Positions 25,069-36,913 of a stretch of DNA of 64,000 nucleotides are shown here, in pieces. The notes under the pieces were generated by a model. That model saw nothing but the letters and a program-made list of their open reading frames with translations. It had not been told where the DNA came from and made no database searches. The translations under genes and the position numbers were made by a program. Location of the stretch: contig NW_003526948.1 in assembly GCF_000181795.1 (NCBI RefSeq), positions 1,253,444-1,317,443 on the forward strand, given 5' to 3'. This DNA comes from Trichinella spiralis. Its lineage: Eukaryota. Position 1 is the stretch's first letter; every line of letters starts with the position of its first letter.

Positions 25069-27571
25069 ATGATGGAATCTACCAACGATGTTTCTCAGTT
25101 CAGTGAATTGCTGCAAGCTTTTCGAGATCGGTACAACTGTGAAGCCGAATATGTTGTTAAGAGTCCTGGAAGGATGAACATTATAGGTTATTGCGATATT
25201 GCTGCAGTTAATATTTATATTCCATGATATGATGTTAATATTTAACAGGTGAACACATTGATTATAGCGGTTATCCAGTACTTCCGATGGCAGTCGATGA
25301 ATGCATCTATGCTGCATTTTCTGTTAATCAAAATTCTGAAGAGATAACTGTTTGTAACACTGACCCCAAATACGAGTAATTCTACATGACAATATTAATA
25401 AACACGTTTTAGTTGTATAAATTAAGTTAAATTTTCCAACATTTTTGGCTTTTATTTATTTATAGTGGGATTTATTGCATTTATTCTTGATGGTCAGAGG
25501 TAAATGTTTAATTGTTTTTAGGCCATTTGAAGCATTATATTCCTACTTTATTACATCTTGCAAGAATCTGAGCTGGAAAGATTATTTTTTGACTGGCGTT
25601 GTGGCTGCGATGGATCACATTGAAGAATATCAGTATAAAGCGAGCGAAGATGCGGAAGTGAAACTTACTTTTAAAGGTAATTAATCTTCAAGAAATATGT
25701 TTTCTTTGAATTTGAAATTTAACTTTTTGTTCCATATTTACAGTTTTTACTGTTTAAATTATAGTTTAATGAGAAACATAAGTTTAATACTATAGGCGTT
25801 GAGAATAGTTTAATGGGGAAATTGGAAATTATTTGGCACCGTTCATCTAATTTTTATTATGTTCAATAAATAAATACATTTGTATATATTTATTTTTGTA
25901 AATATATAGATGGAAGAAATTGAGAAAGCATATTGTGAATTAGAGTTAGTTAGTTTGTAGAATGTTGGATTTTTTCTTGTTGATCATGTAAAAGTTGTAC
26001 AATAATTGATAGTATTGTCGAAATTTTCACGAAAAGTTTTATTAATTAATTATAAAGAAAGTGATTTTCGATTGAAATGTATTTTTTGCAGGCTTCAAAG
26101 CGATGATCAGTAGCAAACTGCCAGAACGTAGGGGCTTAGCTATCTCTACTGCACTTGTTTGTTGTGCAGCGGCGCGTACAATGGTCGCGGTGGGCGATGG
26201 CAATTTCCGCACCATAACCAAAGTACAGTAAATTTGAAAATGAAGATCAATTTTTTTCATTTTTTCAAAATTCAGGAAACTTTGGCGGAATTGTGTTCAG
26301 AATACCAAAACGCTGACCTTGTTCGTGGCCCTATGGATAACTTAATTTGTTTTACCGCACGACAAGGAGCGGTCGGTTTTTATTCATTTCAATTGCAAGC
26401 TGCTCACTTTGAAAATTTTTGCTGATCTTGCAGGCGAAATATATTCAGTTTAAACCGCTTCGTCTCGACGATGTCACTTTGCCGCCGAAGGCTCGTTTTC
26501 TGGTTTTCCATTGTGGACTTCAATCGGCGAAAAATGCAAAGTTTCCTTTGTTCAGCAAACGTGTGACGGAATGTTGTTTAGCAACAAAAGTTGTTTGCTT
26601 TTATTGTTTATTTATTGGTTTATTTGGAATTAATTAATTTAAATTTTCAGTTTATTGCTAAAGTTTTTGGACTGGACTGGCGTGAGATGAATACTATTAG
26701 GGAAGTTCAGGACGCTGTCGGTGACATTGACGACAACACATTCAAAGAAATTGCGTTGTCTCCATTCAGACAAGTCTCTTACACAATTGCCGAGATAATA
26801 AGCTTCTTGCAGTGCAACGAATGTGAATTGGACATATTACGTCGCCGACGTTACCGAACCAGTGATTTTATTAATTAATTCACATATTCTGATAGCTTTT
26901 TTTGTTTTTTTATGTCGATTGAGATTTGTTGTTATGCAAATTTCAGAAGAACAATTTTATTTGAAAAGGAGAGCCAGACACGTGATTGAAGAATCGATGC
27001 GTGTGAAAGAGTTTCGTTCGATTTGCGATCAATTTGCCAACGGTCAGTTGTCAGAGGATCTTTGCCTGACAAAGCTGGGAAAATTGCTGGACGACAGTCA
27101 CCACTCGTGTTCATACTTCTACGACTGTACCTGTGAAGAATTGGATTTCATCCAGCAGATGTTCAAGTTAGCTGCTAATTTCTTTTCTATCCTTTTTTAT
27201 GCTGCTATTTTTCATTGTTTTTTTCATTGCAATTTGATTATTTCACGTGGATCGAGAAATATCCGTGTCAATTGTCTGATCAACTACTATTTCATTCACT
27301 TCTACTATTTGCTCAGCGTTTTGATATTATGCAAATTTTGTTTGAATATTTAATAAATATGAGAATTTTTAGGAAATTTGGTGCCATAGGAAGTCGTTTG
27401 ACTGGACTAGGATGGGGTGGTCCTGTTGTTGCATTGATCGATGCCGAACGAGCGGAAAGTTTTAAAGAATCAATAGAACAATACATCGCAGGAAGCGCTT
27501 TTAGATCTTATAAGCCTTTCTTCGTTTCACCTGGACAAGGCTTGCAGATTTTTAGTCTACCACACAATTGA
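25069..27571 (+). CDS. GHMP kinase, N-acetylgalactosamine kinase/galactokinase (GALK2-like), about 9 exons
   Basis: KSPGRMNIIG|EHIDYSGYPVLPMAV signature, WKDYFLTG, ALVCCA, FSKRVTECCLA, RARHVIEESMRV, LGKLLDDSHHSC..YDCTCEELD, GAIGSRLTGLGWGG. Confidence 0.88.
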
Positions 27572-28291
27572 AACGTTTCTATTCCTTCTTCTTCTTCTTC
27601 TTAGGAAATTGTAAGTGAACATTTCAATACATCGTAAATACACTTTCTACTTTTGCATATTTTTATTACATCTTATCCAAGAGAAGCTTTTACTGATATT
27701 TATCATGATTTACAAGATACTGTGATTTATCAACTGCAGTAATATGCAGGGAAATTACGAGTTTTATTTGCTTCTCATTTATTTATCAGATGCTGTTTGA
27801 TGCGTAATAAATGTCGAACACGTACATGCTAATTTATTTAATGCAAAATATCTTTCTCTGTAACAGTAAGGTCTGCAACTTTCTTGCAGTGCCGTTTATC
27901 TTTTCAGTGTTGCACAATATTGGAAAATAAATTTCTAATCTACGACTGGTATTTTATTAGCTACTTTGCGCAACTCTTTTAAATTTGATGAAAACAAATT
28001 GAAAAAATTTTGTTATTCAACTGTTTCATCAGATGATCATGAAACAGTCTATAATTTTGAATTTCTTTTACTGATAATAATAATTTAAAAAATATTATTT
28101 ATTATGAAGCGAAATTTATGATCATGAAAGTACAATAGCTAGCTAAAGTAATTCGTTCTCTGACTGTTCAAAGTGCCGATTTTGGTAAAATCATTTTGTC
28201 GCTAAAAATATGTAAATTAGCGCAAGTTAAAGAAATAAATTAATAAAACAGACAATTTTATTGTTGTTGACAAGCATAAATTTGTACACCG

Positions 28292-29126
28292 TTTTATTTC
28301 ACTCTTGGAAATCATTGGATAAGAAGCATTTATATGTTTTTTAATTGCAGAAAATGAAAATTTGTAAGTTTATTAAAGGTAATTTTTAAAAATTAAAAGC
28401 AAAAATTTAAAAACTGCTTAGTTTTAGTGAAAATCGGTATTAGTGTTGTAAACATAAATAAAGAAATTGATTATTAACGGTTGGAGGGTGGTGTGGCGTA
28501 GTGGTTAATAGCCAGCCAAGCCACCGCCCTCCCCAGCCGTGTTCGATTCCCGGAGGCAGTTGTAAAAGCTAAGCGTACACATACACTAAATACGCTAGCG
28601 GTTGAAGTGCCAATATAAGCACACAACATATCCAATATGCCCTGGATTCAAAACTATCCCAAGCCCCAAGCCATACCTCCTTACATGCCATTCCAAGTTT
28701 TCGATCTATGTTCTGCGTGCAAAACGGAAGTGGAATGGCGAATTGGTGAAATTGCAAAAATGCATCCATGCTTAAGAATGAAGTTATGGATAAACCGCTC
28801 CGCCCCAGTCGAACTTCAAGAATCAAAAACAAAGGAAGATCGGTGCTAATCTGCCTGGCAGGGGAGCACCAATCTTTTCAAACATTAAATGATTTGAAAT
28901 GTTTTTAAAGTTGCTTGACAATGTCGAATGATTTTATTTGAAATGCAAATAAATAATATGTTTACATTTCAATATGTTAATATCAAATGTTAAGGGTTGC
29001 TTTCCTTTTTTTTGAATTTACTTTTAATATCATTAATTTGCTCAAATTTATAAAATAATTTAACCTGTAGAAAAAAACATTGGTTGAGATCATGAGCAAT
29101 AATTTCGAATTAAAGCTATAAGTATT
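28292..29126 (+). repeat. Segmental duplication copy 2 (about 835 bp; partner at 22382-23246)
   Basis: Direct repeat of copy 1 with highly similar flanks and a divergent centre. Confidence 0.95.
28479..28878 (+). ncRNA. Putative Pol III structured RNA of about 400 nt with a tRNA-derived head, copy 2
   Basis: A box at 28494-28504, B box at 28541-28550, and the same 3' hairpin plus TTTT. One internal TTTT at 28698-28701. Confidence 0.6.
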
Positions 29127-29347
29127 ATTAATATTATGAATATTTCAGCTTTTTAATAGTCATAGGTATTTTTTGAAATAAAGCTCTGTCTGCGCATTTT
29201 TTGTCATGTTTATTCTATAAGTTGGTCGTATTGAAATATTTAGCTTAAAATTCATTGTTCCGCAGAAATTATTTTTCGATATTTTACAAAATATAATATT
29301 TGAAATAGCAATTTCACCAAAAATATTTTTCTTAAATTTAAATTATG

Positions 29348-29768
29348 TGTAGCAGACGCAGACCGACAACTAACAACTACTGTGCTTCTCTAGATAACGA
29401 AGATGAGGAAGAAGAACAAAGCTACCGTAAGCCGACCGGTACTTGAAGATCAGGAAAGAGTACGGTGGAACGGATTATTATTAGCAGCGTGGAGCGAGAG
29501 TCGATTGTTTTGTGATATACGGTGGTGGTCGTTGTTGTGATTGCGAATAAATATTGTATTCCTGTTCTGTTACTTTGAGTGCGAGTATGTTACCAACAAA
29601 GCGTGAATTAGGGAAAAGGGGCGGCAGAGCCGGTAGTAACCGGACGGACGATACAGACGCCGAGACGAATCCGCAGATCGACACCGGCGTGTCGTCATTT
29701 AATAATGACTTTGGCGGCAACCCTGTTGAGGCGAGGAACGAGCCCGCCCGGGAGAGCGGCTCGTTACA
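29348..29768 (+). mobile_element. Solo LTR (421 bp) of an LTR retrotransposon, possibly Gypsy-type
   Basis: GC-rich island with termini TGTAGC...GTTACA (TG...CA, imperfect inverted repeat), flanked by an exact 4-bp TSD TATG at 29344-29347 and 29769-29772. Internal AATAAA at 29546-29551. Confidence 0.8.
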
Positions 29769-31023
29769 TATGTAAATTCGAAAGTATGGTGCGTGTTTGT
29801 TTAAATTTGAAATTTAATGACACTTTAAAGCGAAACGTACGATGTAGGAAGAGTTCTACAAACAAAAGGCAAAATTTGTATCTAATCAAGGTTCTGAATG
29901 TGCAGCCGAGGGTGCTTCAAGAAATTCTAGCAATACGCTGAATTTATACGCATTGCTCATTATTATCTTTTCATTGTTTATCATTTATTATTACTCATTG
30001 TTCATTTATCGCACATTATTCAATAATTTATTCTTTTCTTTTATTATTATTGATGTTTTATACATATATTACTGACTGTCTAAAATTAAACATTTTAAAT
30101 GATGAATTTAATATTCTTTTGCTTGAAGAGCAATTACAGTATGCCTTGAATTATTTTTAAAATTTATTTTATTACTACAGTTTAAAATAATTTTTAAAAT
30201 TTTCTATTAATGGGTTGATAAACTGCTTGCTAATGCTTTCACATGAGTTAAATTAAGAGAAAAAACATAGCATAAATCTGATAGTTAGGGCAATCCGTTC
30301 AGAAGTAATACATCATAGTCTGAGGTTTGAATGTAATCTGTTGAAAATATGCGCCGCAATACATTATTATGACTATCAGTTATACTACTACACGCGGGCA
30401 ATGATATTGGACCTTATATTCTCGTGTAATTGCTATTTTATATAATTGATTTCTTCATGAAGAGAATTTAGGTCAGCGCCACTAAGTCAAATAGCAAAGC
30501 AAATACCTATGAAGTGCAACAGCAATTCCCTTTTCATGCTAATGTTACTTACACTAACTTACTGTTACCCTTAACCTGAAGCCGTTGTATGACTCATGGC
30601 AATTTTTGCTCTACCAGATTTTGGGTTCGCGTCTAATGGCATGCATAGTGCGCATAAAAAAATCTCACAATTATGGGCCAGTATAAATCAGCCGCAATGA
30701 AACAACATTGGGAAACAGCATTCGATTTGTTGTAGTTGAAAACCATTATCATGTTCTGATAAATGTTATTAAAAAACATTTTAATACATTGATGATTTAT
30801 TTTTACAGTAAAAATTTCAAATTGAAAGTATAAACTTCATTTACAAATTTGCAAAAAATTATTATACCTGCAAATTTGTTTGCATTACAGTATTTTATTT
30901 GGGATTGGATGTCCTGATTGGAAGTTCGTAATTAATTCGTCAAATTTGCAGTGCATAATGAAATGAGAAGATGAGTAGTGAAGCAGAATTTTTGGAAAAC
31001 ATGTTGCATTTTATTTGAACAAA

Positions 31024-34000
31024 ATGAGTTGCAAATTGATAATATTCAATTTGACCTTGTTACAAGCTTTGCTACAGATTTGCGCAGCATCCAATGAAGT
31101 AGTATTTACTTGTGGTGGATTTGTCAGATCAAACGTCAGCATTGATTTTAAAAAAATTATGGTATTTTTATTGAAATGATGTTTGTTGAATTGCATTATA
31201 TAGTGAATTACAGGTGAAAATGTTGACTCCTGAAGGTAACATGAAATATCAGACAACATGTGCGCCTACAAACGGTTATTATTTGATACCGGTTTATGTA
31301 AAAGGAAATTACAAGTTGAAGCTATCAGCTCCAGAAGGATGGAATTTTGGTTTGAAATTGATTTTTCTGTAATTCTGAAATTTTAATTTTTCTTAATCTG
31401 CACTGCAGCTCCAGATCATGTGAACTTGAATATAGATGGCCTCACGGACCCATGCAGCAAACATGAAGATATAAATTTTTTATTCTTGGGTTTTTCCGTA
31501 ACTGGAAAAGTGAGTTCTAAAGCTTTTTAGTTGTTTGATTTTTAATAACTTGATCTTTTCAAATAAAGAACACTTTTTTTATTTAGGTAAAAGTGCTGAA
31601 TTCCCCAGCTGAAATTACTGATTGTACAGTTTCTTTGATGAACAGTGCTAAGGAAGTGATTGAAAGCACGCAAGTGAACTACGGCGTGTAAAAAATATTA
31701 CAGTTGCACATGGATAAGTGTAAAATTGAAGTGATGAATTTTCAGATTTGAATTTTCACCCGTACTACCCGGTAATTATACAGTTGTTGTGTCCGAAGAG
31801 GGATTTTGCATTAAAAATTCCATTTCATTCACACTCAGTGATTCTAACCTTGCCTTGAAAGAGCCAATTGAGATCCAAGGTTTCTTAGTTACGGTATGAG
31901 ATCAATTTTAATATTGTCATCCGACAAGCAATGTCGTATTGATTAAGAGTATCAATTGATATGAGTTCAGAGTGTATCAGTTATTGAAATTTAATTTATA
32001 TATTTTATTTGTAAATTGTAGGGTTTTATGGAGCAAAATGAAATTTACAGTGGTGGTGCTGAACTAGTTCTCTATTCAGAACCGGGCGCAACTGTATGCT
32101 TGTGAAAGTGGGAATTTTTTAATTTAATTTGATTTCTTAATTTCTTTTTAGGCTAGCAGTTGTGATGTTAGTGCAGCAAAAGGTATTGTTTTAATTCCTG
32201 AAAATTACAAATATCAGTATTCATGCAAAATACTCGTTGATTCGACAAACGTTTACCGGCTTCCTTGCGTTGGCTTTGGAAATCATATTTTGGTAATGAA
32301 GTTTAAAATTTCTTTACAAACAAAAATTTAAGCATGAATGTTTTGTTCAGATACCAACTTATTATCATAGTTCGCTTACTTTGGAATGGCTGCCAAAGTT
32401 TGTCAGCGTTGTTGTGAAAGATCGGCCAGTTGTGCTTCAGGTATAGAAAGATGCGAGAATACTTTGTTTTGTCGCATACATTGATTTTAGGAGAAATTTA
32501 AAGCAGTTGGTTTTTCTTTGACCGGCAAGGTGCTTTGGACGAGTTTGGTAAGTTGAAATTGTGGTGAAAAAGAAAAAAAATTTTTTGCAAAATAATGATA
32601 ATGTTTTTCATATTTCTCTAATTAACAATGCGGTGAAAAGTGGAGGAATATGGAAAATTTATTTGTAATATTTGTTATTTTTAAGGAATATTAATGTAAT
32701 AATTTTTTTAAAATGTGAGCAATTTGGTTTTTCTCTTGTCAAGGGCGATGGTATAAATGGCGTTGATATATACGTGAACAATAAGTTTGTTACTCGAACC
32801 AATGAGCGTGGTATGTACACGTTGAGTGAAATTATGCACGGCACACTGACTATTCAAGCGAAACGGAATGATTTGCAATTTGAAGATATTAAGTTTTCAT
32901 TTTCTGCTCAAACCAACAGTATTCCTCCAATAATCGTTACCAAGTGAGCAAAAAATAATCATAAATCTTTGTTATTAAAAAAACAAATTTTTTTCTTTTA
33001 TAAATAAATGTTAAATTTAGAATACAACAATGTGGGCAGATATTTTTGAAAAAGTTGCCAAAAAGTGGTGAGCAAAATTCACGAAGGACATTCATCTGCA
33101 ACCATGTGAATAACAAAACCGTTTTGACTACTGGAATAAATCAGAATGGCAAATTTTGCATCATGCTGCCTCGTGGACAGTATATTTGTGAAGTATATTT
33201 TCATTCAGATACCTAATTTTGCAAAAAAAAATACAACCCTTTAGCTATATTTGATTTAGGTTGAAATTTTTAATTTTGAAAAACAAGCCGGTGTGAAAAT
33301 TATGCCAGATCGGTTGAAAATAGTTGTCCGAAATCAGTTATTACCAGATGTGGAATTTCGTCAGTCGTTGTATAAAATATCCGGGCGCATATATTGTCTT
33401 TGTAAGTGATTTTTTTCTCAACAGTATTATTATTGGAATTTGCTTTATTTAGTTGATTCTGGCGAATGTTTCGACAGTGTGATTGTGAAGTTGGAAAAAT
33501 TTGGAGTCGGCGAATTGTCCAGAATTGTAGTGAAAGCCGAATTTCCCAATTTTGAATTTTTCGACATGTTACCGGGAAAATACAACGGTTTGTACAATTA
33601 ATTGTTCATTTATAATATTTATAATTTTATTGTATGTTTTTTGCTGTTGTTGTTGTTTAGTCAAACTGGAAGCTGAACAATTTTGTTGGACAGTAGACAA
33701 AATTCCAAATGACCAAAAAGTGATTTGGAGAAGGGAAAATGGCCAGCGTCTGGTTAATATTGATTCACAGGACGTTGAAAATATCACGTTCTATCAGATC
33801 GGATATACCATAAAATTGAAAAGCAATTATAATGCAAAATTGGTAAGAAAAAAAATGTGTATTTGAAATGAACAAGCAAATGTATCTTTTGTTTTGTTTT
33901 GTTTAGAAAATAGTATCGATTGAAAATGCAAACATTTTTGCAAGCTTTGATATTGCTGAAACTTTGTCGACATTTTGTGTATCAAAATCTGGTGTGATTA

Positions 34001-36387
34001 TGAGCTTATGTTGTGTTTTTTTTAATTTAATATATACATATATATATATCTTCAGGAAGTTATAAATTGCATGCGGAATCGTGTCACATTTTCAACGAAG
34101 ACGCACTAATATACAATACCGGACAAATTGTCACGTTGCATCTCGAAGCAGTGAAGCATGGAGTCGATTTCAAAATTATCACTCCAAAGCCAGATGTTGC
34201 TTTTACAGTAAACATAAAGTAAGAATGTGCTTGTAGCAAGCAGCGCTTGGCTGGAAAACAAAATTCTCTCTTTATTATATTTGAATATTTAAATGCAGAT
34301 CAAACCTCTTCAACGATCCTTCGGTAGTGCTGCAGTCATCGGCTGTTGAGCAATATCCGGTTAAAGATGGTCATGAATATCGTTTTCGTTATTTTGCTGA
34401 AACGAACGAAAAGATTCATATTCAACCGGCATCAAATAGTTTTCTGTTCACCCCTGTATCACAGGCGGTTATTGTTTTGAGTAAGGATTCATTTGTAAGC
34501 AAAAGTATATTTTTTCAGTTTTGTGTGTTCTTAATCAGATTGTACCGAAATTGCACAACCATTTGTGGCGTCAGCTGGCGAATATTTCAAAGGCTCTGTC
34601 AGTCCAAAATTGGAAGGTGTCGTCATCACCGTTTCTCAGCTCACCGATCCTACAGTCCACTTCACTTTGGTTACAAATGCCAATGGGGATTACGTGTACA
34701 ATTTTTAGCTCAGTTTATCTTTTCACGAATTTGCATTTGTGTTTTCTTTTTTCTAGCGTCGGACCTTTACGTTCGTTGGAATCGTTACAAATCACAGCAG
34801 AACTTCCTGGCTACGGTCTGGAACATATACAAGGCAAATATGGTCACTTTACCGCTTATAAGTTATCTCAACTGTATATTCAGGTAGGTTTGAAATTCGT
34901 CGACTTGTCCATTATATGTTTTGTAATGTTGTAATTTTGAAAAATATGGACGTATAATTTAATTTTAGGTTGTTGATGATAATATGGATCCACTTCAGGA
35001 CGTGCTTGTATCTGTCACTGGAGGATCTCAATACAAAAGTAATAATTTAACGAATGAAAGAGGGAATTTTACTCTTTTTGGTTTGGTATGCATTTATTTA
35101 TTTATTTATTTATTTATTTATTTGGTTAAAAACGATTTATTTTATATTAATAAGATGCCTGGAAGTTATTATGTTCAATCAATTTTGAAAGAGTACAGCT
35201 TTGAACCGAGCAGTCAGGTTGTCCACATTGAAGAAGCCAAAAAGAGTGAAGTATTATTTGTCGGAAGGCGAGTTGCTTTTAGGTAATGCCGATAAATTGT
35301 TATGAAAATGTAAATTTGAAAAGTACAATAGAAGAAGTGAAATGTTTTAAAGTGAGCTTCAATTTCAGCTGTTCTGGTTTCGTGCGCTTTCTAGCCGGAC
35401 ATCCGGTACCGGAAGTTAAAGTTGAAGCTGTTTCTGAAAACTGTGATCAGCACCAAGAGGAAGCGTTAACTGATGAGAAAGGTTTCTATCGAATCCGTGG
35501 TCTGCTGATGAATTGTCAATACACGATCGAATGTTCCAAACAGGCGTTGAATATTTATCCCGAATTTATAAATCAAACTGTAAACTGCTTGCATTTACTT
35601 TAATTTTTTGAAAAAAAAAGATATATAATCTTTATTACTTTTTTATGCTATAGATTGGACAAATGGATTTGGTGGATGTTGATTTCACAGCTTTGTCTGA
35701 AGAAATGGTTTCAACAATCATCGGTCGCGTTGAATGCTCTTCCGCAGTGCTGCCCACCCTTCGAGTGCTTATCTTATGCTTGGCATTTTTTCTTTGTTCT
35801 TGTATTTGTAGTTTTATCATTTTGTTTTCTGTTCAGGCTGCATTGTACAAGAAAGATTCTTCAGAACATCCTGTTAGTCGAATTCATCTAGAAGGCGGTA
35901 GTTTGTTCATTTTTCCAAACGTTCCTATGGACAATACTGTAAGTGACTGTATGGCTTCTTTTTATATCGTATGTTATACATTTTTGTTTTTCTTTCTTTA
36001 AGACTTATTTGGTGAAATTGGAAAGTTCGAGCAGTTTTGCAGAATTTGAACCATTTCATTTACCCGAAGTGCAAATAGTGGCGAACAAAGCGGTTGCGAC
36101 GGTTGTATTTAATTTTCATCCAAAAGTAAAAATGGATGAAGCTTAATATTTCTATATTTCTTTCTGATTACTTTTTTTTAATAGAAAAAGCAAATTGTCG
36201 AGCACTCTCGAGGAAGCTATTTTGTTTTTCCGTTGCTAACTCTGTTTACGGTCATTGTGTACAGTTTGCAGGAGGTAGATTCTGTTTCTTTTTTTTTTGT
36301 TGACTGAACCATCAACAGTTGGATTTACAATGGGGATGTGTTTAGAAATTGGTGAACATTCGTCGGCATTTCTTCAAGCAACTTTAA
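31024..36387 (+). CDS. nra-4: Nodal modulator NOMO (type I ER membrane protein), more than 20 short exons
   Basis: Signal peptide, then VFTCGGFVRS, VKMLTPEGNMKYQTTCAPTNGYYLIPVY.KG.Y.LK..APEGWNF, DPCSKHEDINF.F.GFSV.G, KEYSFEPSSQ, CDQHQEEALTDEKGFYRIRGL, and a C-terminal TM helix with a short basic tail. Confidence 0.9.
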
Positions 36388-36913
36388 CAGTAATTCAGTT
36401 TCACATCGGTAATGATGAGCAACAACATCTACGAAGCGACAGTATTTGTTATTATCATCGCTTGATTGATGGCAGTTTATTTATTTCAATGGAAAACGTT
36501 CATATTGAGTTTTGAATGCAGAATTCGCATGGAAATACGGATTTCCAACATCACTTGTTGATGCATTTTGAAGTTCTGTTTTGTTCATGTGTGTAAAATA
36601 AATTTTAACACCATCATGCATAGCATGTAGTGTTTGGATATCATCAACTTATGTTCCACATCACTAATAATATGTGAACTTTTACTATCATCAAAAAATA
36701 TTTATCGAAAAATTATTTTATATAAAATAAAAATATATGATATTTTTTGAATTTAAATAATTAAAACAATGTAATAAATATGTTACAAAAGAGGCCAATG
36801 TTTCCTGAGAAAATTATCTTGATTTTCACTTATTTTACTGTAGCGTGCGTAGTAGAAATCTTCACCTACGTTGTACTTACGTACTTTCTTGTCACAGTAA
36901 AAGAATTTATAAA

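Noticed and set aside
29481..29941. Short ORFs over the GC-rich island
   Set aside because: They are explained by the GC content of the solo LTR; no gag or pol motifs.
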